Shown piece after piece: positions 11,029 through 20,095 of a DNA stretch of 64,000 nt. How positions within the stretch are numbered: the stretch's first letter is position 1; every line of letters starts with the position of its first letter. The DNA is taken from NCBI GenBank assembly GCA_965649265.1, contig CBFGKC010000006.1, positions 32,001 to 96,000 on the forward strand, written 5' to 3'. The stretch comes from a candidate division WOR-3 bacterium (lineage in GTDB: Bacteria > Hydrothermota > Tepidihabitantia > B3-TA06). Position numbers and translations under genes: made by a program. The notes under the pieces are model-generated. The model was given only the letters and a program-made list of their open reading frames with translations. It was not told where the DNA came from and did no database searches.

Positions 11029-11096
11029 GCCCAGGATTAAACTTTTTGTCCCCTTCGTTGTCAATAAATAGTGATGAACAAGAAAAGGAGTAATTC

Positions 11097-11564
11097 ATGC
11101 TAAAGTTAGCAACAATACCTTTGATTCTGGCCGCTTTCTTCGCCGCGCCGGGATCGCACGACGCCGCACGCTCCCGCGGGCCACATTCCGGCATGTTTCT
11201 TTCTCCACAAGCAATTCAAGAATTGGCACTTACCGACGAACAAATATCCAAGATCAAGGATCTCAAGGATACTCGCATGGATAAGACGCTCGAAATAAGA
11301 CAGAAGATGGAGAAGTCGCGGCTTGAGCTTGCCAAGCTTACCGATGACAATGAACCGAACCAGACAAAAATCGAAACAAAGATTCGCGAGATAGGCAACC
11401 TTAAAACCGAAATGGAACTAGAGCGGATCAATTTCTTCTTTCAGGTTCGTAAGCTGCTTACCCCTGAGCAGATAGAAAAACTCGGAACTATTCATGCGTT
11501 CGGCAGAAATCCCGGCGGCCGTTCGGAAAGACCATGCCGTGACGCAGGACCCGACCACGATTAA
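11097..11564 (+). CDS. Spy/CpxP-family periplasmic protein
   Basis: Signal peptide; LTDEQ and LTPEQ (LTxxQ) motifs; helical. Confidence 0.85.
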   Translation: MLKLATIPLILAAFFAAPGSHDAARSRGPHSGMFLSPQAIQELALTDEQISKIKDLKDTRMDKTLEIRQKMEKSRLELAKLTDDNEPNQTKIETKIREIGNLKTEMELERINFFFQVRKLLTPEQIEKLGTIHAFGRNPGGRSERPCRDAGPDHD

Positions 11565-11646
11565 CAAGATGAAATTCCCTGACAAATCCCCTGACGGAGA
11601 AAAAAACCTGCCTCCATTGGGGATATCAAAACCCCATGGTGTAACA

Positions 11647-11674
11647 AAGGTGGCCGGTTCGACTCGGCCACCTT
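11647..11674 (+). terminator. Hairpin between the two Spy/CpxP genes
   Basis: AAGGTGGCCG-gttcgact-CGGCCACCTT. Confidence 0.5.
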
Positions 11675-11700
11675 GCCATCACCTGAAAAAATACTATAAT
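11673..11700 (+). promoter_or_regulatory. sigma70-like promoter (TTGCCA-N16-TATAAT)
   Basis: Upstream of the RBS and ATG at 11748. Confidence 0.6.
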
Positions 11701-11747
11701 TTAGATATGAATTTTTTAGAAAACCAAACTGTGAAAAAGGAGTACGC

Positions 11748-12266
11748 ATGTTGAACATCGCGACGACGGCTTTACTTGCCCTTTCCCTTGTGGGAGCTCA
11801 GGGTGAAGGATGCCCTATGATGGGTGGAGGGATGATGGAAGGAACCATGATGGCGGGCGGGATGATGAGTCTGCCCATGATTCTCGATAATCCCGAGATG
11901 ACAAAAACCCTTAACCTTACCGAAGATCAGCAGAAGAAGCTCAAGGATCTGCGTTATTCACACCAGGATAAGGTTCTCGAAATCAAGCAGAAACTCGAGC
12001 GCGAGGAACTCGCTTTAAGAAAACTCATGGATGCCGACACCCCGGATAAGGCGCAAATAGAAGCCAAGATAAAGGTTATAGGTAGTCTTCGTACTGATAT
12101 GGAACTCGCTCGCATAGGGATGTTCTTCGATATCCAGAAGATACTTACCGCCGATCAGTTGAAGCAGCTCAAATCCATGCGCGGCGCCGGAAGCCATATG
12201 GGTATGGGTAATCCCAAGGCTCCCGGTCCATCAGATCAGGACATGCCCGGTATGCAGCACGAATAA
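11748..12266 (+). CDS. Spy/CpxP/ZraP-like periplasmic protein with Met-rich termini
   Basis: Signal peptide; LTEDQ and LTADQ motifs; CPMMGGGMMEGTMMAGGMM and HMGMG...MPGMQHE. Confidence 0.85.
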   Translation: MLNIATTALLALSLVGAQGEGCPMMGGGMMEGTMMAGGMMSLPMILDNPEMTKTLNLTEDQQKKLKDLRYSHQDKVLEIKQKLEREELALRKLMDADTPDKAQIEAKIKVIGSLRTDMELARIGMFFDIQKILTADQLKQLKSMRGAGSHMGMGNPKAPGPSDQDMPGMQHE

Positions 12267-12297
12267 AGGGCTTGACTAACTCCTCGAAAAGGATTAA

Positions 12298-12332
12298 TAT
12301 GGCCGGAAGAGATTCCGGCCATAACCTTTTTT
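12298..12332 (+). terminator. Rho-independent terminator
   Basis: TATGGCCGGAA-gaga-TTCCGGCCATA followed by a T run. Confidence 0.7.
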
Positions 12333-12418
12333 AATGTCCGGATTCTTACCTGCCTCATCGAGGCATGGGTTGCAATTCGTTGGAATGAAAAGTCGTTTTA
12401 GTCATTCAAGGAGGAGAA

Positions 12419-12952
12419 ATGAAACGCATGATATCCGTCTTTGTACTCTTGATAGCGCTCTCGTCATCAGCCCTGGCTGCTGCGGCTCCGAAAGCCCCTG
12501 GGAAGGTGTATCCGATGATGATGGGCCCAAAGATCTCGACCACCGTTCTTCCCATAAGCGGCCTGCTGAATCCCCTGAACGTTTCGGGTGAAATGCTAAT
12601 AAATCTCTACCGCAACGTATTATGGCTCAGAACCGACCTTCTTTCCCTTTCGATCCGTGACAGTGCCAACAATCTGGGTATCAATCTCGGTTCACCGTTC
12701 GATATCGTATTTATGGGCTACTACAAGGGCGTCCGGCCTTACGGCTTCGGCGGGTTCGGTATATACGTCAATTCGTTTGGAGAGAATACAAACTACTGGA
12801 CTGGTGTCGATCTCGGCGGCGGGGCTTCCTACGAGGTCTCGCGCGGGCTCCATCTCTTTGGCGAGCTTGGCGGAAGATTGGGATATAACGGTTCGAATCT
12901 CGATTACGGAATATTCCTCGGAGCGGGTGCTAGGTTCGCGTTCGTCTGGTAA
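12419..12952 (+). CDS. Small outer-membrane beta-barrel protein
   Basis: Signal peptide; RPYGFGGFG and GIFLGAGARFAF strands; GAGGAG RBS. Confidence 0.7.
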   Translation: MKRMISVFVLLIALSSSALAAAAPKAPGKVYPMMMGPKISTTVLPISGLLNPLNVSGEMLINLYRNVLWLRTDLLSLSIRDSANNLGINLGSPFDIVFMGYYKGVRPYGFGGFGIYVNSFGENTNYWTGVDLGGGASYEVSRGLHLFGELGGRLGYNGSNLDYGIFLGAGARFAFVW

Positions 12953-13222
12953 CCCGTAACACACCCGTAACACCCGTAACACGCCACATTTCCCACTAGT
13001 CCGTAAATTAAGAGAATAGTATTCAGATTCTCATAATTGAGTGAGGTGACGTCTGGGAATGTTTCTGAGGGGGGCCGTAACACACCCGTAACACCCGTAA
13101 CACGCCACTTTTCCCTCTAGTACGTAAAATAAGAGGATGGTTTTCAGACTCTTTTAATGAGTGAGTTGACGCCTGAGTATGTTTCTGAGGGGGGCCCCGT
13201 AACACTCCACCCCCCGTAACAC
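12953..13222. repeat. Tandem ~121-bp repeat (2 copies plus a partial third) containing 8 CCGTAACA motifs
   Basis: Units start near 12954, 13075 and 13197; they share CCGTAACACACCCGTAACACCCGTAACACGCCAC and GTTTCTGAGGGGGGCC. Confidence 0.9.
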
Positions 13223-13238
13223 TCGTCCCCTACGGGGA

Positions 13239-13316
13239 GGGTCTCGTACTTGAGATGAGTCTTCATCTCATAGGTCAGGGTCTGACCCTTGAGATGAGTC
13301 TTCATCTCATAGGTCA
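13239..13316. repeat. 39-bp tandem duplication with a palindromic core
   Basis: CTTGAGATGAGTCTTCATCTCATAGGTCA identical at 13249 and 13288; core TGAGATGA-N4-TCATCTCA. Confidence 0.9.
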
Positions 13317-13491
13317 AACCAATGCCGTCTTGAGCTGCTTCTCGAGCCGACCAAGGGGGGGAGGGGGGATCGCGATTACCGGTAATATCTGCAGGCATCT
13401 TGGCGCCTCTTAATCGTGGCATTGGGGCATACGGCAATCTAACTTTCAAAAAAGCGCTGCTTGCGGTAATAGCTATTGTAGTATAAACTAC

Positions 13492-13519
13492 TTGCACTTC
13501 CCTCAAAAGGGAGTATACT
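13492..13519 (+). promoter_or_regulatory. sigma70-like promoter of the hydrogenase operon (TTGCAC-N16-TATACT)
   Basis: Hexamers read directly, about 195 bp upstream of the probable start codon. Confidence 0.55.
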
Positions 13520-13714
13520 TAATTCCGTTTAGTGACCAAATCACCGAACAAATTATGGAGGGTAAGATTCGTTAGGGTAATCATATCCCTGCCCCAGCGA
13601 GTCCTGTTTCAATCGGGACGCCAGGAGATATTCCCCTCTTAACTTGCGGGGCGCAGCCCGAAGGCCGCTCCGGATAAAATGCATACGAGCTTTGAATCAA
13701 GGAGGCTCTTTAAT

Positions 13715-14236
13715 ATGTTAATGTCTCAACAGGACAGATTGAGGGCCGATCTGGAGTCGCTCGCCTCTCGGTACGGACGCGACCGGACCGCCCTTATCCC
13801 GATTCTACAAAAGGTACAGGAAAAGTATCATTACGTCTCCAATTTCGCCATGCAGAACATTGCCGACATCCTCAACATTCATCCTGTCGAGGTTTACGGC
13901 GTGGTTACGTTCTATGCGTTTCTGAATTCAAAGTATCACGGCAAGTTCGTAATTCGCCTGTGTCGTACTATAAGCTGCGACATGGCCAACACCTCGGGTG
14001 TTGCGCGCCAGCTCGAGAACGATCTCGGGATTAAATTCGGGGAAACCACTCCTGACGAGCTTTTTACCCTCGAATACGCCAACTGTCTTGGGATGTGCGA
14101 TCAGGGACCGGCGCTCTTGGTTAACGATCAGATATTCACGCGTGTTACCCCCGAAATGGCGTTCAAGGTTATCGAATCTTGCCGCCGCGCGATATCCGCT
14201 CACGCTGTTCAAAAGGATCACGGGGAGCTTATATGA
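13715..14236 (+). CDS. hydC: [FeFe]-hydrogenase gamma subunit (NuoE/HndA-like 2Fe-2S protein)
   Basis: VYGVVTFY, CRTISC...CLGMC; start placed at ATG 13715 after AAGGAGG. Confidence 0.88.
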   Translation: MLMSQQDRLRADLESLASRYGRDRTALIPILQKVQEKYHYVSNFAMQNIADILNIHPVEVYGVVTFYAFLNSKYHGKFVIRLCRTISCDMANTSGVARQLENDLGIKFGETTPDELFTLEYANCLGMCDQGPALLVNDQIFTRVTPEMAFKVIESCRRAISAHAVQKDHGELI

Positions 14237-15435
14237 ACACTGTACGTAATAACTGTAAGAAACTTACTTTCGGAGAGATTAAAGTCGATTCCGGTCTCAA
14301 GACCACCCTCGCAAAGAATCCCATGGAGGTCATTGACGAGGTGCTCGAGTCCAAGATAAAGGGAAGAGGCGGAGCAGGCTTCCCGACAGGTCTCAAATGG
14401 AAGCTCTGCCGCGAGGCTCCCGGTGATGAGAAGTTCGTGGTTTGCAACGCCGATGAGGGCGAACCCGGGACCTTCAAGGACAGGGTCATTCTCACCGAGC
14501 ATGCCGATCTGGTGTTCGAGGGAATGACCATCGGCGCTTACGCAATCGGCGCCATGACCGGTATCGTATACTTGCGAGGAGAGTTTACCTATCTCCGCAA
14601 ACACCTCGATGAGGTTCTTGAAAAGAGACGCGCCAACAATCTTCTGGGCAAGAACGTGATGGGTAAGAAGGGATTCGACTTCGACATAGAGGTCAGGCTC
14701 GGCGCAGGCGCCTACGTCTGCGGTGAAGAGACCGCTCTCATAGAGTCCCTGGAGGGGCAGAGGGGCGAACCCCGTAACCGTCCTCCTTTCCCGGTAGACA
14801 CCGGATTCATGGACAGGCCGACTTTCGTCAACAACGTCGAGACGTTTGCCTGGGTCAGTTCCATCATGTCCAAGGGTGCAGCGTGGTTCAAGAGCATAGG
14901 CACCGAGCAATCGACTGGCCACAAGCTCTTCAGCGTTTCCGGCGACGTGGACAGGCCCGGAGTTTATGAATACCCTCTTGGCATAACGATCAAACAAATC
15001 CTCGATGAAGCCGGGGCCCGCAACCCCAAGGCCGCGCAGATAGGCGGTGCGTCGGGGCAGTGCATTCCCGCGTCCCAGTTCGACCGTTCCATCTCGTTCG
15101 AGGATGTCTCGACCGGCGGTTCCGTAATCGTCTTCGGCCAGCACCGCGACATGCTGGATGCGGCCCAGAACTTCCTCGAGTTCTTCTGCGAGGAATCCTG
15201 CGGACAGTGCACGCCTTGCAGAATTGGTAACGAAAAACTGCTTGAGACCGTGCACATGCTCAAGGAAGGCCACTGTTCCATGAAATACCTCAGGGAAATT
15301 TCTAAGCTCGGTGAGACCATGAAAATAGCATCTAAATGCGGCCTGGGTCAGTCCAGTCCCAACGCGTTCCTCTCGATCGTGGAACATTTCAAACACGAAA
15401 TCATGGGTCGCATCCCGACGACTGCGAAGGAGTAG
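14233..15435 (+). CDS. hydB: [FeFe]-hydrogenase beta (diaphorase) subunit, NuoF-like, short form
   Basis: GRGGAGFPTG, CNADEGEPGTFKDR, GAGAYVCGEET, ESCGQCTPCR...CGLG; ATG 14233 overlaps the upstream stop. Confidence 0.9.
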   Translation: MNTVRNNCKKLTFGEIKVDSGLKTTLAKNPMEVIDEVLESKIKGRGGAGFPTGLKWKLCREAPGDEKFVVCNADEGEPGTFKDRVILTEHADLVFEGMTIGAYAIGAMTGIVYLRGEFTYLRKHLDEVLEKRRANNLLGKNVMGKKGFDFDIEVRLGAGAYVCGEETALIESLEGQRGEPRNRPPFPVDTGFMDRPTFVNNVETFAWVSSIMSKGAAWFKSIGTEQSTGHKLFSVSGDVDRPGVYEYPLGITIKQILDEAGARNPKAAQIGGASGQCIPASQFDRSISFEDVSTGGSVIVFGQHRDMLDAAQNFLEFFCEESCGQCTPCRIGNEKLLETVHMLKEGHCSMKYLREISKLGETMKIASKCGLGQSSPNAFLSIVEHFKHEIMGRIPTTAKE

Positions 15436-15437
15436 AA

Positions 15438-17360
15438 ATGAATAACGACCCTAAAATCAAGGAATCCGCAGGTCGCGCTCCAATTAGTCAAAGCGGACGT
15501 CCGGCCGAAATAAAAGAAGGTGCCCCGCAGATAACGGTGAAGATTGACGGTATAGACGTCACCATTCCCGAAAATACCACCATTCTTGAGGCCGCTCGCA
15601 AGATAGGCGTGCGCATTCCCACCCTGTGTCATCACGACGACTTGTGCGTGGCCGGCGTGTGCCGTATGTGTCTTGTTGAGGTCGAGGGGATGCGTACCCT
15701 TCAGGCGGCATGCGCGTTTCCGATCTCCAGACCCATGACAATCCATACATACTCCCCCAAGGTTCGCCAGGCGCGCAGACACATTCTTGACCTGCTTCTT
15801 TCCGAACACTGCGGCGAGTGCTATACCTGCTTCCGCAACAACAACTGCGAATTGCAGAAGCTGGCAAAGGAATACGGTGTAGATTTCTTCAGATTCGGTC
15901 ATATCACCGAGCCGCAGCACAAGGTTGACCAATCGAGCTACTCGGTCATGCGTGACATGAACAAGTGTATTCTCTGCAGGCGCTGCGTGCGTACGTGTAT
16001 TGACCTTCAGGAAGTGGGCACACTCGAGGTTATCAACCGCGGGAGCCATTCGAAGGTTTCGACATACATGGATAAACCTCTCGGAGAGGTCGTTTGCATC
16101 AACTGCGGTCAGTGCATAAACCGCTGTCCGACTGGAGCGCTTGGCGCGAGTGACCCGACCGACGAAGTCTGGGAAGCTCTAGAGGATCCCACAAAGCATG
16201 TCGTCATCCAAACGGCTCCGGCCCCGCGCGCGGCCATATGCGAGGAATTCGGAGTCGAACCGGGTACGCCTTTAACCTGGCAGATGAATACCGCCATTCG
16301 CCGCTGCGGGTTCAACAAGGTTTTTGACACCAACTTCACCGCCGATCTCACTATCATTGAGGAAGGAACCGAACTCATCACTCGCCTCTACAAAAATCTG
16401 GTCAAGGGCGATAACTCCCTGCCTGTACCCCAGTTCACGAGCTGTTCGCCCGGATGGATTAAGTTCATCGAGCACTTCTATCCCGAATACCTCAAGAATC
16501 TTTCCACATGCAAGAGCCCTCAGCAGATGTTCGGTTCCATCATCAAGACCTACTATGCAAAGCTGAATAACATCGATCCGGCCAACATCGTGGCCGTCGC
16601 GCTCATGCCTTGCTCTGCCAAGAAGTTCGAATGCAACAGGCCCGAGATGAACGACAGCGGATACAAGGATGTCGATTACGGACTTACCACACGCGAACTC
16701 GCCCAGATGTTCAAGGAAGCGGGCATCAATCTGCCCGATATGCCCAAGTCCGATTTCGACGATCCGTTCGGTTCGGCCACAGGCTCGGGTATAATCTTCG
16801 GTGCCACCGGTGGAGTAATGGAAGCGGCGTTGAGAACCGTTCTCGAACTCGTGACAGGCAAAAAGGTCGAAAGCTTCTACGATCATGCCGACATCATCCC
16901 CCTGCGCGGGTTCGATGGCGTGCGCTATGCGGAAATAAAGGTCCCGGACGAGGTAGGCCCGGTTCCCCAGATACTTGCGCACCTTGTACCCGACTGGAAC
17001 TGGCTCAAGGGCGCGACCATCAAGGTCGGCGTCGCTCACGGCACGGCAAATGCCAAGAAGGTTATGGAAGATATCAAGCAAGGTGGCAAGTTCAGCGAAT
17101 GCCACTTCATTGAATTCATGGCTTGTCCGGGCGGTTGTCTTGGCGGCGGCGGGATGCCCATCCCGACAACTCCCGAGATTCGCGCTGCGAGAGCAAGAGC
17201 GATCTATGCAGAAGATAAGGCCTACGACATACGCAAATCCCACGAGAATCCTGCCGTTCTCAAACTCTACTCCGAATTCCTCACTGACGGGCCTTGCGGT
17301 CACATGAGCCACAAGCTTCTTCATACCCATTACACCGCAAGAGGCAAGTATATAGGCTGA
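15438..17360 (+). CDS. hydA: Group A [FeFe]-hydrogenase catalytic subunit
   Basis: N-terminal 2Fe-2S, His-ligated 4Fe-4S and 2x4Fe-4S motifs; H-cluster motifs TSCSPGW, MPCSAKKFE, EFMACPGGCLGGGG; C-terminal LLHTHY. Confidence 0.96.
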   Translation: MNNDPKIKESAGRAPISQSGRPAEIKEGAPQITVKIDGIDVTIPENTTILEAARKIGVRIPTLCHHDDLCVAGVCRMCLVEVEGMRTLQAACAFPISRPMTIHTYSPKVRQARRHILDLLLSEHCGECYTCFRNNNCELQKLAKEYGVDFFRFGHITEPQHKVDQSSYSVMRDMNKCILCRRCVRTCIDLQEVGTLEVINRGSHSKVSTYMDKPLGEVVCINCGQCINRCPTGALGASDPTDEVWEALEDPTKHVVIQTAPAPRAAICEEFGVEPGTPLTWQMNTAIRRCGFNKVFDTNFTADLTIIEEGTELITRLYKNLVKGDNSLPVPQFTSCSPGWIKFIEHFYPEYLKNLSTCKSPQQMFGSIIKTYYAKLNNIDPANIVAVALMPCSAKKFECNRPEMNDSGYKDVDYGLTTRELAQMFKEAGINLPDMPKSDFDDPFGSATGSGIIFGATGGVMEAALRTVLELVTGKKVESFYDHADIIPLRGFDGVRYAEIKVPDEVGPVPQILAHLVPDWNWLKGATIKVGVAHGTANAKKVMEDIKQGGKFSECHFIEFMACPGGCLGGGGMPIPTTPEIRAARARAIYAEDKAYDIRKSHENPAVLKLYSEFLTDGPCGHMSHKLLHTHYTARGKYIG

Positions 17361-17375
17361 TTAAAACCTACCAAA

Positions 17376-17400
17376 GGGGGCCCTGAAACCAGGGCCCCCT
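17376..17400 (+). terminator. GC hairpin between hydA and hydG
   Basis: GGGGCCCTG-aaac-CAGGGCCCC, with no clear U tract. Confidence 0.45.
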
Positions 17401-17431
17401 CTATCCAGATAACCGACATTCAAAAGGAGTA

Positions 17432-18844
17432 ATGATGTTTGCCGCAAGGGACAAGGTGATGATAGATGAGGAGGAAATATACGGAGTCCTGGATAAGAAA
17501 ATCCACTCTGACGAGTCACTGATCAGGGAGATACTCGCAAAGGCAAGCGAACTCAAGGGGCTTGACCCGGAGGATGTAAGCGCTCTTGCCTTGATTCGTG
17601 ATCCGGAACTTATCACGGAACTCTTCGATACGGCAAGATTCGTGAAGGAATCCATCTACGGAAGGCGTCTCGTTATCTTTGCGCCCCTTTACGTGTCCAA
17701 TCTCTGCGCAAACGAGTGCCTCTACTGCGCGTTCAGGGCCAGCAACAAGTCTCTCAAGCGAAGCGTCTTGGATACATCCGAGATCGCGTCGGAAACCAGA
17801 ATCCTGATCGAGCATGGGCACAAACGAATCCTTCTCGTGGCAGGCGAGGCCTACCCGGATGATGGCTTCGATTATATACTCAAAGCAATCGATACGATTT
17901 ATAACACGAAAAGCGGCAACGGCGAGATTCGGAGAGTCAACGTGAATATCGCTCCCCTCGGAACCGAAGAGTTCAAGGAGCTTAAGCGAGCCCAAATAGG
18001 AACTTACCAGCTTTTTCAGGAAACTTACCACCACGAAACGTATAGCAAGGTTCACAAGGGTGGAAGGAAGACCGACTACGACTGGCGAATTTCGGCAATG
18101 GACAGAGCTGTAGAGGCCGGCATTGACGACGTCGGCATAGGCGTTCTTTTTGGCCTTGCCGACTGGCGTTTTGAGATACTTGCCCTGATGCAGCACGTGA
18201 GGCATCTCGAGGAGAGATACGGAATAGGTCCGCATACAATAAGCGTTCCCAGGCTTGAACCCGCCTCAGGATCCTCCATTGCGTCAAATCCGCCGAGTCC
18301 GGTGTCCGATATGGATTTCCGTAAGATAGTAGCCATACTCCGTCTGGCCGTGCCTTACACTGGAATAATAATGTCTACGAGGGAGACACCCGACACCAGA
18401 CGCGAAACCTTCGCCCTTGGCGTCTCCCAGATTTCCGCGGGTTCAAGGACCGACCCCGGGGGGTACTCGCATGAACCCGCCGCTAATCCCCAAATAGATG
18501 CAAGTCAGTTCTCCCTCGGCGACCACAGATCTCTGGACGAGGTAATCAGGGACGTGCTTGAACTCGGATACGTGCCGTCGTTTTGCACCGGCTGCTACAG
18601 GCTGGGAAGAACCGGTCAGGATTTCATGGATCTGGCTAAACCTGGTGAAATAAAACATCACTGCGATCCTAACGCAGCCTCGACCCTTATGGAGTATCTA
18701 ATCGACTACGCGTCAGATGAAACAAGAAAGGTGGGGGAGAGGGTTATCACGGAATTCGTAGACCAAATGGACACCGAGGCAAGAATGAAGGCTCTATCCA
18801 TGATTCGAAAGACCAAAGAGGGTTCAAGAGATGTTTACTGTTAA
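17432..18844 (+). CDS. hydG: [FeFe]-hydrogenase maturase HydG (radical SAM)
   Basis: FAPLYVSNLCANECLYC, GPHTISVPRLEPA, C-terminal SFCTGCYRLGRTG...C. Confidence 0.96.
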   Translation: MMFAARDKVMIDEEEIYGVLDKKIHSDESLIREILAKASELKGLDPEDVSALALIRDPELITELFDTARFVKESIYGRRLVIFAPLYVSNLCANECLYCAFRASNKSLKRSVLDTSEIASETRILIEHGHKRILLVAGEAYPDDGFDYILKAIDTIYNTKSGNGEIRRVNVNIAPLGTEEFKELKRAQIGTYQLFQETYHHETYSKVHKGGRKTDYDWRISAMDRAVEAGIDDVGIGVLFGLADWRFEILALMQHVRHLEERYGIGPHTISVPRLEPASGSSIASNPPSPVSDMDFRKIVAILRLAVPYTGIIMSTRETPDTRRETFALGVSQISAGSRTDPGGYSHEPAANPQIDASQFSLGDHRSLDEVIRDVLELGYVPSFCTGCYRLGRTGQDFMDLAKPGEIKHHCDPNAASTLMEYLIDYASDETRKVGERVITEFVDQMDTEARMKALSMIRKTKEGSRDVYC

Positions 18845-18862
18845 TCAAGGTTCAGCTACTCT

Positions 18863-20095
18863 ATGTTGAGTGAGAAGACGCCAAAGGGGTTCAGAATTCA
18901 CATCGGCATCTTTGGCCGCCGCAACACGGGCAAGTCGAGCCTGCTTAATGCCATCACGAGACAGCAGGTCTCGATCGTATCGGCGCAAGCCGGAACCACT
19001 ACCGACCCTGTCGAAAAGCCAATGGAACTCCTTCCCCTTGGTCCCGTGCTTTTCATAGACACCGCCGGTCTCGACGATACGGGGGCGGTCGGCATGCTAA
19101 GGGTTGAAAGGACGAGGCAGGTCTTTGACAGAACCGATCTGGGCGTAATCGTCACCGACGGCCAGTGGGGAGAGTATGAGGAGCGTATTCTCGCCGAGCT
19201 TCAATCGAGAAAAATACCCGTGATTGCGGTATTCAACAAATCCGACATCGTTTCGCCGTCAAATGATTCGTTAAAGCGTATCACCGAAGCCGGCATCCCC
19301 TTCGTCCAGATATCAACCCTGGAAAAGAAGGGAATACTCGAATTCAGGCAGGCGCTTCTGGACAACGCGCCGTCCGACTACATGTCCAATTTTCCGATAC
19401 TATCCGATCTGGTCGGCCCTTCCGAGATGGCGATACTTGTCACCCCTATCGACAAGGAGGCTCCAAAGGGAAGGCTCATTCTTCCGCAGGTTCAGGCAAT
19501 CAGGGACCTTCTCGATAACGACTCATTCTCTATCGTTGTAAGGGAAAACCAGCTGGCGAATGCCCTCGAAAGACTCAAAATTCCGCCTAAACTCGTAGTA
19601 ACCGACTCGCAGGCATTTGCCGAGGTATCCAAAATAGTCCCGAGAGGCATCCCGTTGACCGGTTTCTCAATACTCTTTGCCAGACTCAAGGGCAATCTTG
19701 CGATTCAAACCGAGGGTGCCATGATGGTAGATAACCTCAACCCCGGTGACGAGATTCTTATTGCGGAGGCCTGCTCGCATCATCCCATTGAAGGCGACAT
19801 TGGCCGGGAGAAGATCCCGCGCTGGCTCAACGGGTACGTGGGTGCGTCGCTCAAATACACCACTGTCCAGGGGCACGATTTGCCTGAGGATCTTTCCAGA
19901 TTCAAGCTCGTCATCCACTGCGGCGCATGCATGTGGAACAGGCGCGAGATGCAGTCGAGGATAATGCGCTGCGTAAGTACCGGTGTCCCGATCACCAACT
20001 ACGGTCTCGTCATCGCCAGGAGCCTCGGGATGTTCGAGCGGGCGCTCGAACCGTTTCCTGAGGCGTTACAAGTCTACCGCAGTCTCCAAAAATAA
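18863..20095 (+). CDS. hydF: [FeFe]-hydrogenase maturation GTPase HydF
   Basis: GRRNTGKSS, GTTTDPV, EAPKGRLILPQVQ, EACSHH, HCGACM. Confidence 0.96.
   Translation: MLSEKTPKGFRIHIGIFGRRNTGKSSLLNAITRQQVSIVSAQAGTTTDPVEKPMELLPLGPVLFIDTAGLDDTGAVGMLRVERTRQVFDRTDLGVIVTDGQWGEYEERILAELQSRKIPVIAVFNKSDIVSPSNDSLKRITEAGIPFVQISTLEKKGILEFRQALLDNAPSDYMSNFPILSDLVGPSEMAILVTPIDKEAPKGRLILPQVQAIRDLLDNDSFSIVVRENQLANALERLKIPPKLVVTDSQAFAEVSKIVPRGIPLTGFSILFARLKGNLAIQTEGAMMVDNLNPGDEILIAEACSHHPIEGDIGREKIPRWLNGYVGASLKYTTVQGHDLPEDLSRFKLVIHCGACMWNRREMQSRIMRCVSTGVPITNYGLVIARSLGMFERALEPFPEALQVYRSLQK

Noticed and set aside
12272-12300. Promoter TTGACT-N17-TAATAT
   Set aside because: Not listed as a feature because it overlaps a terminator hairpin; kept as the one counter-example to the 16-bp pattern
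12953-13222. Product of a reverse-transcriptase or telomerase-like system
   Set aside because: The repeat wording and ~120-bp period are suggestive, but there is no RT gene in the window and no continuous ORF across the units
12953-13316. CRISPR array
   Set aside because: The intervening segments are homologous to each other, the period is too long, there are only 2-3 units and no cas genes are present
13144-13506. 120-aa minus-strand ORF with a repeated LTYEMKTHLK peptide
   Set aside because: By-product of the 39-bp DNA duplication; no RBS and no recognisable domain
13528-13550. Rex/CRP box upstream of the hydrogenase
   Set aside because: GTGA-N5-TCAC has the wrong spacing (N6 expected) and poor flanks
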